A stretch of 56,314 nt of DNA, the filler included, from Sphacelaria rigidula (taxonomy: Eukaryota), in the NCBI GenBank assembly GCA_964200075.2. It is 6 parts of 6 records of this genome, joined end to end, with 100 filler letters (N's around TTAATTAATTAA, not from the genome) between each part and the next. Parts side by side here need not be neighbours in the genome. Positions count along the whole stretch, not along the records: positions 47,014 to 56,314 come from CAXNAA020008806.1; 5 more parts are not named here. One strand, given 5' to 3'. Below are positions 47,568 through 56,314 of the stretch, piece by piece. The notes beneath the pieces were generated by a model, which did not search any database, was not told the DNA's origin, and worked only from the letters and a program-made list of their open reading frames with translations. A program made the translations under genes and the position numbers. How positions within the stretch are numbered: the stretch's first letter is position 1; each line of letters opens with the position of its first letter.

Positions 47568-50500
47568 TCTATCCCACCTCCTACACTTGCGCACGACCTG
47601 GGGGGAGCTCTGGGTTCCATGGAGCATGCCGACGTCAAGTTTCTCGCGGGCGGGAAGCCCATCTATGCGCACAGATCAGTGCTGGCGTGCCAGAGCGAAT
47701 ACTTTGCCGCGATGTTCCGCTTCAGGTGCGCTTAATTCCGCAAATACTCGTGGTGCATTTTTCCTCCGTGGAGAGGTCATTTGCTGTTGGTTTCCGCTCC
47801 GCAAGGTGATGGACACATGATCAATGGGCGTTGTCCTGGATTGCAACAACTTCCCCGCAATGAACCGCTGTCTGGTAAATCTGTTAACCTGAAAGAAAAC
47901 AAACGTTTCGCTGGTACAAGAAAGCTTGTGGCACTGAGTCAGTGGTTTGTCGTTGCGAGTAATTGCCCACGACCTTGGGCGGTCTAGATGAATGTGTTGC
48001 TCCGCAAAGAATGATGTTTTCGACATCGATCCTGTACAAATGGCAGTCTCTGACGTGGATTCATTTCGGTACGTCCTATCGATAGTTACGAGGCAGCGTC
48101 TACTGTCGAAGGGTAGCTACCAGCTGCACTTATGCCCCTTGCGTATCTACGGGAAATGTCAAATATCTACAGCTGGCGCAGCTCTATCGCACCATCTGTT
48201 TGTACACTTCGGACTACGCATTTGGACCATTCTTGTATGCAGTTGCGCACCACTCCTTGACCTCCGTCACTCTCAACAGCTGGGTGATGTATTCTCGTCA
48301 AGTACCGTCGTTCCCGTTTGCCGTGTTAGTGTTCATGCCTCCGTTTTTCAGATTTGGTCGTATAGAGTTTCCGGCTAATGCTACGGTTTCCAGAGAGCTG
48401 GACCAACACCTGCTCTCATGGACTTGTGTCTTATATGAGCTGCTCTGGGTAGCCCTGTCGGAAGCCTATCGGGGAACTTCCCAGGGCCGTTCTCACTCTT
48501 GCGTGTCCGAGGGTTCATTCTGCAATGCGGTTCGTTTCATCCTCGTGCATCTCAGCTTTTTTTTGCTTTCTGCATTCCAGACTTTGCTACGCAATCGTTT
48601 CGCTATTCCACCTCGGGTGCCTATTTCTCGACCACGACTAGATTTCCACGGGATCGTGTATTAATAAACAAGTGTTTTGAGTCAGCCAGTGAATCGATTG
48701 TGCAACTCATCAAAACATTTCATTGAGCACGCCCACAGCGTCAACCTCCACACGGTGAAACGTTATTTTCACAGGGATCAGATGGGCAGTGCTCGGGGGA
48801 AGCAGCCTCTGGTGAGAGCCCCATCCGACGGGAGCGCGTCGATGATGGCGGAAATTGTGGTACCGGATTCTTACCTGGGATTCGTGAGGTTGCTCATCTT
48901 CCTATACACAGGTAGGCAGGCCCCTGCTACGTGATGCTACAGCAGGGCTCGTCACAGCTACACCTACGTCGAGAGTACTTCAAGTCGTCGCTCGATATAG
49001 CATAGGAATATCGGTGGTCATGAGCACCGCATACGACACGAAACGTGACAACAGTGTTCCAGAGTCCTGGGCGTTTTTCAACTCTGTGTGACTGGCCATC
49101 AACGTCTGTGTAGGTGTAGCGCATTCATGAGATTTTATTTTGTGAAACACATATATATCATGCTTCTGGTCACCATGTTTGCTTTTCTGCATTTGCATGT
49201 TAACAAGACATGGCTACTGTTTTTATCCTTTACAGGAATTCCTGGGAGGTTTTGGTGCAGAGGTCGCTGTTTGTATGTACAACAGATAAACACTTCCTGA
49301 AAGCGGTCGTTTGGTTCTCGCAAGTAAGGAAAACTTCGGCCAGCTCGCTAACATTGTTCCGCTAGCTATCGTACGCAGGAAATATACTACCAAAGCCCAA
49401 CGCGAACAAGACAATGGTCCCAGGGCAGAATGATTCAGCCAACCTTGGTACATTCGAGGTTTGGTCGACACACTCCTAGTTCTGGAAAAAATACTTCACA
49501 TACATGACAAAACATTCTCCACACACCCTATAGCATGTGCGTCCTATCTTGCACGTGTATGGCGGTCGCCCTCCAACCCGATGACGTACGGCAGCAGCCG
49601 CGCCATGATTCGCCGTGGTTCGGAGGATGCTGAATATTCCGTGTCTTGTTCCAATTCATGGCGAAGTGCATTTTCTGAATTTGGGAATCGTATTCACGCG
49701 TGTTGAAGATATACCGGGTGCGACAAATCTCGCCTAAAGAACGAGGGGTGAGTGAGGCTCTTTAGAAGCTCCCGGTAGCCCTTAATCAAGGCGCATTTAT
49801 TAGGCACGAGACATTTACTCGCTTCTGATGTTCCTTGTTCCGCCGTATTCGTCACGCAAACAGGACACGTTTGATGAAGAGCTACAGTTGCAAATCTGTT
49901 CGGTACCTCAAATGTCTATTCATGTACAGCCGGGGATGGCGTCGTGCGATGTATACAATATGCTTATATCTATACCCAAGCGATGAAGTAATAACCATGA
50001 TGGGCACTACCATTGTAATGGGCATAGTAAAGGAATATGTTGTGCAGTAAACTAAACTTTGCTAATCACCAATGATAGCGTCACAACATGAAACGGAATG
50101 CCTACACTGTATTCAAGTGACTAACACTAACCATCCCGGGCCATGGCAGTGAGATACGTTATACTATAGTCATGCACTTAGTACTGCGTTGTTGCGTGTG
50201 TGGCCATCCCATCTATTCTGGACGCTAGTCTATACCTTTGGGTCACACAGGAGAAAGGTCAACCCAGGAGTTATTATTGTGTTCTTTACTAGCACCCAAC
50301 CTTCCTTCTTCTGCGGTGCTTGTCTTACGTGTTATCTCGAGAAGATTTCACCGGCCCCGTTCCCTCGTCGGCCGTGGAACCAAACGTTTTGTACCCACGA
50401 CGTAGTCGCTCTCCACTGTTGGGCATGACCCCGGGTCGTGTGACTTAAACGAGATCCGAACCCACCCCCCAACCGTCAAGAGGTTTCGAAGTTACCAATT

Positions 50501-53500
50501 GAGCCACAGCGGCGACCGACTCGTACCGGTAATCAGTAATCAAGAGTACATCAGTCAAGTCAGTAGCTGTGCCTACAACGCCAAGCGATTGCCCGCGCGA
50601 GCGCTATTGCACAGAGTCCCTACTGCACATACTACATGTATGTGTATGTGAGAGAAAATGACGGCCGTGGTGAATCCTACTGAAAAAATGGCCAATACCT
50701 ACCCCGAGTTATCTTTACGCACACTACAGCACAGGAATTCTTGATCAGCAGTAGAAGGGACCCGGAGCACTTTCTCCGTGAGGCATACCTCGCAGGAACC
50801 CTGCACGATCATTCAAGCTTCATGTGTGATATGGATATCCATCTGGGACGTCCATCTTGGATCTCATATCCACGCGAGAGTTTGGGATGTCCCTGATGGG
50901 CAGGGCATTCATCTGGAACATGAGTATCCATCTGAGGTGTCCATCGAAGAGCGAATGATGATCTAGAACACCCACTTGGAACATTGGTGGCTATGTGGGA
51001 TCCAACCGGGGCATTTACCTGACATGGTCATTTGGGATAAGCATACCCATCTGGGACCTCTGCATTTGTCGTGACCAATCCATTCAGAGTATCCATCTGG
51101 ATCTGGGATGTTCCAGATGTATGTACATCTAATTGGATGCGGACGTTCCCCTGGAATAGGTGCGACCACTTCGCAGTGTCGACGGCGTTCGCTGATTGCA
51201 GGTTACCGCGAGTAACCAAACGTAACTCCAATCCTCCCACGTAGTCGTAGTAACGCTGACCCTAGCCCATGGACACCTCGCGCGATGGTGAACATGCACT
51301 TGACATAAAGAATACGCTGGTGAAGTGCCTTGCAGTGTACGCTGTCAGGGGAAACATCTAGGCCAGCGCGCGATGGTGGAGCGCGGTGCAGAAAACACTC
51401 TTAGGGCATGCAATTGTAAAGTCTAGGCTTGTGTATCGGTAAGATTTGGCGAGATTGTTTTGTATCGACGTATCGGCGCAGCCGATACGTCGATAATATC
51501 GGGATATATTAGTGGTTGTGTCTTCAGGCGCAAGGTGGCATCAGGAGAGAGCGTAACCCGAGCCCAGCTGCTGCTGTTCCCATCCCCCCCCCCCCTCCCC
51601 GGCTGGTGATGGGTTCTCGCTAGAGGCACCGCCGGAGGCCGGAGAAACATGCGATTTGGCTTCACTTCCTTGTAAGAATCAGGCACAGTATGCTCGAGAA
51701 GCCGTCGTGCAGGAACCACGCCAAACATTTTGAGCAATAAAAAGTACAAGACGACAATGAGACGCATTGGACTGGTACATAGGAGTAAAGGGACGTTAAG
51801 AAAATCATGGTGAAGGTTTGGCAAACAGTACTCACTCACTCGGAGTCTTCAGTAATTCACTGCTCCAGGGTGTGAAGACCCACAGGGGCAATGGTCTGTA
51901 CGTAAGAGCCGTCGGATCCTTACCCTGATTGAGCTGCAGACATCGTGTGCGAAGAACTGAAGCACTGTACTGTACCGTGCTGAACTGTACAAATCGGTAT
52001 ACTATGTGATTATCCGACGGGTAATGACCTATGCATCGTACTCACAGCCGGAAACGGCAAGTGACGAAATAACGGTCTCGGTGACCGATATGATACAATA
52101 CATTGTATCGGTCCGATATATCGGTGTAGATCGCTACCGATATGCAGCCTCGATGAAATGACGTGCTGTATACGAAGAGACGGAGGAGTCGGATGGGTAT
52201 ACGACATGAATAGGAGTTCTCTGATGGGTGTCGCCGACGAACGCGATGTCCTAGGGGGGTACAAGTATCCCGAATGAATGTCCCAGATGGATGTCCACAT
52301 CGCAGATGCATACGTCAGATGAAATACCAGTGCCTTACATGGCGCTTGCACGGATATATGAGACGGTGCACCTTGCCATGCGTGAGAGGACCGCGTGCTT
52401 AGAGGACCGCATCCGAATTTGAACATCCCTATGGTTAGGGTTAGGGTTAGGGTTAGGGTTAGGGTTAGGGTTAGGGTTAGGGTCAGGGGCGTGGTACCTT
52501 CAGGGACTGACCCGATTGGTTTTGAAAAACGTCGATCCTGAGGTGTTTTGAACTTCGGCGCGGTCCTTTACGCATGTGGTCCTCTCACGCATGACACACC
52601 TACCCTGCCCCTCCCCAACGGTTGATTCGTTCCGGGGAAAAGACCGGCTTCCCATGGTTGCTTTCCCTGTCCATTACCTCAAGACTCGAGAGTTTACAAA
52701 GGGGGTTTGAGCCCCATTTTCAATCTGGAACCCCATTCTCCAGGAGACTCTGTTGGCCGTCGTTTTGGTTGCTGGTATTTTTACAAATAGTCCTACTCGT
52801 CTCTGCGTTCATTTTCCGCTATTCTTGGTTCATCGCTCTCCACACCGGAGAAGAAAACAAATCGCCGTCAACCGTTAGCCCCAGGGAAAAACACTATTTT
52901 ATTCAAGAATACGTTGAGTAATGTCCCAAATACAGCCACACACATTCATAGGAGCGACGAAGGACCATGGGCGACAACCTCAAAGATTAGGAAGTATGAT
53001 ACACAGTGGAGTATATGGCGCAGCCGGTGGACAAATGCCGTAGTACACTGCACCACCGTATGCAATACGGTCAGGTTACGGATATCGTGAAGGAAGACCA
53101 TGGACAACGTGAATTCATTTCTCGGTGTTATGACTCAACTCTGTGAATAAGATGGCTCGGCATGATATGAATACATACACGTAGTAACTAGCGTTATAAA
53201 AATATTATGGCACACGTTCTACTTCACGGTTCGCGTTGTCTCCAGAGCAACACCTCGATGCGACGACCAGTACTTCATGCTGTGCAGTCTACTTGTTGAG
53301 CCAAACGAGACACACTTCGCGATGCGGCGAAAACCATTTACATACTCACTGGACAACCATGCCTGTACGCGTAGCATACTTTATAGAGGTAGGAGCTGAA
53401 ACATTGACACGATACTAGTATCACCGGTACGCGGAACATCTCGGAAGCAACAAAGGAAAATATTACAGAGAGTTAAAGCGATGCGAACCTTCAGTCAAGA

Positions 53501-55218
53501 GCACATGATGGCATTAATACATTTCTCCGGAGTATAACACACCCGGGGGTCCCTTCAACCGAAAATTATATAGACCTACATGCGTGGAGAAGATCCCTGC
53601 AAATTAGTCATGCTACGATAGGGGGGGGGAGGGGGGGGTATCTGATTGCGCAATAAAAGAGGCCCATGGGTGTGTCAGACGACCTGCAATGCTCGCGATG
53701 CGCTTGTAGTTGGTTTAAAACGGTGTCAAGCAGTATGAATCAGCGTTCTATATCTATAACAAGCTCGCTCGAATAACCGTTACTCCTTCGAACGACGATT
53801 TGACTTGGAATTCCGTAAATGAAGTGGCTCGAAATACCCCCTCCCCCAGTGCTCCGTCTCGAACGCGATGCGTGGTCAATGGTCGAACGACTAAGGCAAG
53901 CAAAAAATGAGTACGCCCCCACCCACCCACCCCCCGGCAAAAACCCAGCGTGCTCCGTCTCGGCTTTGTAGGGACGCGAGGTCAATGATCTGATGACTAT
54001 TGCATGCATGATCATGAATACACTCCCCCTCCCCCCTTATTGTAGGATGACTCGAATGATTGGCTGAAAACTGCACTTTTTGGTGTGACACCGCTTCGTC
54101 CCGATAATTTAAGTGATGCAGGAAACTCCAGCTATGGAGGTCACGAGTTCGAATGCCGACACATACTTAATCTTTTCGCAGAATCTGGTCCTGGCGTTGA
54201 GGTGACATACCATGCATGCACTACACACTTTTTTTCATTTTTCTAGCGGCAGAGCGTGCACCAACAGGTTGGTCTGCAGTGCACAGCGAAATTCGTACAT
54301 CGGGCTGATTCAAGAAACTGAACAAGTTGTTGTGTTTCGGGGTATGCACGTTATACCGATGGCCCAGTTCCTGGGGATATCCCGAGTGCAGCTTTGAACG
54401 GGAATGTCTCCAGCAATATTCTTATGTAGCTTCCAACTATGAGAACCCCTTTACGACGAGCATCTGCGCCAGTATTTCAAGCCCTATCGTGACATGACTC
54501 ACTCGGGTATTTTCCTCACGACGTGTGCTAGATCTTAGCCCGGCATTATTATTTTTCTCATTTCCTTTCCTTTCCTTTTCTTTTCCTTCATTTCCCCTCC
54601 TCTCCTCTCCTCTCCTGTCTTCCTTCTCTTTCCTGTTTTCCTTTGTTCAGCCGAGCCTATGTATCGTCCTTTTTATCTTCCATCTTCCTTCTTCTTCTCT
54701 CGAGTTTCTTTAGTGGTTATTCCCGCTCATTTACCTCGGCTACGTTTATCTATCTTGTAGCCACGGCTGAGTGAGTACTGTTCACAGTAGTGGATCAGTG
54801 GATATGCACCCGCCAATCAATTACTGCGTGTATCAGGCAGTAAAGCATGAAGTCGGCGCTGTAGAGCATAGCAATCAGGAAAAGAGTGGTCCGGTTCTCG
54901 AAAACATCTCACCTGCGAGGCATTGCAAGGCAACTCCCTTCGTAATGCAAGATCTTATGAAGGTCGGTTTGCAGAAACAATGGTTCCAATTTGTTTCGGC
55001 ACGACGGTCGAGTATTTCACGGTGAATATTGGCTACATGCACCGTTTGTGCTCTTCACGTGTACGCATGTCCTCGCCCGCATTACTGCAGGTGTGCTACC
55101 GGACAGCAGCCCGGAGTCGGTTCTCGAAGACCTGCTCGCCGCCGACCGCTACCGACTGTTGGAGATGAAGAGGACGTGCCAGAGCTTGCTGTCGCTACGA
55201 GCCGATAACTGCCTCGCG
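47568..55218 (+). CDS. BTB/POZ-domain protein, internal exons 47568-47725, 48775-48911, 55091-55218
   Basis: Phase-compatible splicing gives ...HADVKFLAGGKPIYAHRSVLACQSEYFAAMFRFR|...EIVVPDSYLGFVRLLIFLYTG|VLPDSSPESVLEDLLAADRYRLLEMKRTCQSLLSLRADNCLA, the canonical BTB motifs. Confidence 0.92.
50160..50517 (-). mobile_element. Candidate tRNA-derived SINE in the BTB intron
   Basis: Minus-strand head gtcgccgctgTGGCTCAATTGG...GGTTCGGATCT carries A and B boxes. The 3' end is approximate. Confidence 0.55.
51424..52151. mobile_element. Possible non-autonomous hAT-like element
   Basis: Imperfect TIRs aggcttgtgtatcggta / taccgatatgcagcct with clustered TATCG/CGATA subterminal motifs. No TSD recognised. 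Confidence 0.45.
52435..52488 (+). repeat. Interstitial telomere-type repeat (TTAGGG)8 TCAGGG
   Basis: Read directly from the sequence. Confidence 0.95.
53848..54024 (+). mobile_element. Tandem pair of LINE 3' stubs (B then A) separated by a C-rich tract
   Basis: B stub 53849-53915, A stub 53934-54024. The pair is flanked by ccccctccccc at 53837-53847 and 54025-54035. Confidence 0.85.
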
Positions 55219-56314
55219 GTGCGTGTTATCCCTTTGCACATGAACAGTATGCAACAACCGTGACTGTCGAGAGAAAAGAAAAGAAAAAACTCCGAGCAGG
55301 AAACGGGCAAAACCAGCACCACGACAAAGGGGATGAGTCAGTCGTACGGTGACGTTCTGTGACAGGGCAAGAGACATTTGATTTTTTTGAAATCACAGCA
55401 GCAGACTGTCTCGTGGCGGCACACAGTGACCGCCCGCGCCAGCTGCTGGAGTAGCTTAGTAGCACAAGCAGCGCGGACGGATTCAGAAGAGCAGACAAGA
55501 GGTGTTTGACGCCGTACCCAGCGGCGATGGTAAAATACTGCACTGCACTGCCGTATGTATCACCGTGGCGAACGATGCTGTACTCTGCATCTGTCCGCTG
55601 CTGTTGTACTTACAGTGGGAATGTACGGCACTGCACCCGTACGGCACTGTTCTCGTGCACTGTTCTCGTAATACTGACAATAGCGCCATCATGCGTTTCC
55701 GTATGCCATTATCGTGACTGTGATGGTTGACTGTACTGCCCTATTTGGTACCACGATGAGACATTCTTCTTGAAGGGTGATTCACTCCCTGCCTGTTCTT
55801 CGCTTCATGTATGATGTGATACCACATCCCCGCAGAAAATGACCATCCGTGTACAGAGCTATTACAACAAGTCCGTGAAACCATAATGAGGCCCCGGCAA
55901 ATCTGGCGTTCACAGATATGGATCACCTCGAGTTTGCACAGATTGGGGTCTCTACAGATTCGGAGTTCGTCTCCATCAAACGATCTTATTGTCACTATTA
56001 TTGCCAACACGATTCCCGCACATAAGGTCAATCTCTCGAGCCCGCGGTCACAGATGCAAGTTCACCTTTCCAGTACCGTCACTGCTATTCCTCACATGAG
56101 ATAGGGCGCTCATTGCTTCTTCTGAGACCCCGAAAACAAGGTAAAATGGTACAAAAAGAATAGAAAGACGTCAAGAAAATAGACCAGAAAAGAGCGATGT
56201 CGCGATGATTCCCCCCCACCTCCCCTACCCGATGGTGAGACAGACACCCATGAGGCAGTGGATACGCCGTGGCTGTCTCTGGAAGTGGCGATACCAGAAA
56301 ATAAAGCAACCCAT

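Noticed and set aside
50450-50517. tRNA gene (also 35631-35699)
   Set aside because: A and B boxes are present but I could not build a convincing cloverleaf; better explained as SINE heads.
34540-55218. Joining the 34540 exon to the BTB exons as one gene
   Set aside because: They lie on different contigs separated by two artificial linkers.
55443-55520. Next BTB exon (cag|LLE*LSS...)
   Set aside because: In-frame stop at the fourth codon and no clear homology; the true next exon was not identified.

Overview
Eukaryotic, repeat-rich nuclear DNA, most consistent with a brown alga (Phaeophyceae; inferred from intron style, TTAGGG repeats, Ngaro/RTE-type elements and a mitochondrial rRNA insert). 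The window is not one locus. It is six contigs of near-identical length (9303, 9303, 9303, 9302, 9302, 9301 bp) joined by 100-nt N-TTAATTAATTAA-N linkers at 9304, 18707, 28110, 37512 and 46914, so nothing should be linked across those joins. Host genes: the first three exons of a multi-SH3 protein (minus, ATG 33776), a divergent unknown gene (ATG 34540) and three exons of a BTB/POZ protein. The rest is mobile DNA: an RTE-like LINE endonuclease region with an upstream PAM2-like motif, a 5'-truncated LINE RT, an Ngaro/DIRS-type retroelement, a probable Copia 3' LTR, several MITE families, two tRNA-headed SINE candidates, satellites, a probable NUMT and an interstitial telomeric tract. Main discovery candidate: a LINE family that ends in poly(C) instead of poly(A). 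Its target-site duplications start with a C-run, and nine short 3'-end stubs occur in four independent contigs. This points to target-primed reverse transcription from genomic G-tracts.
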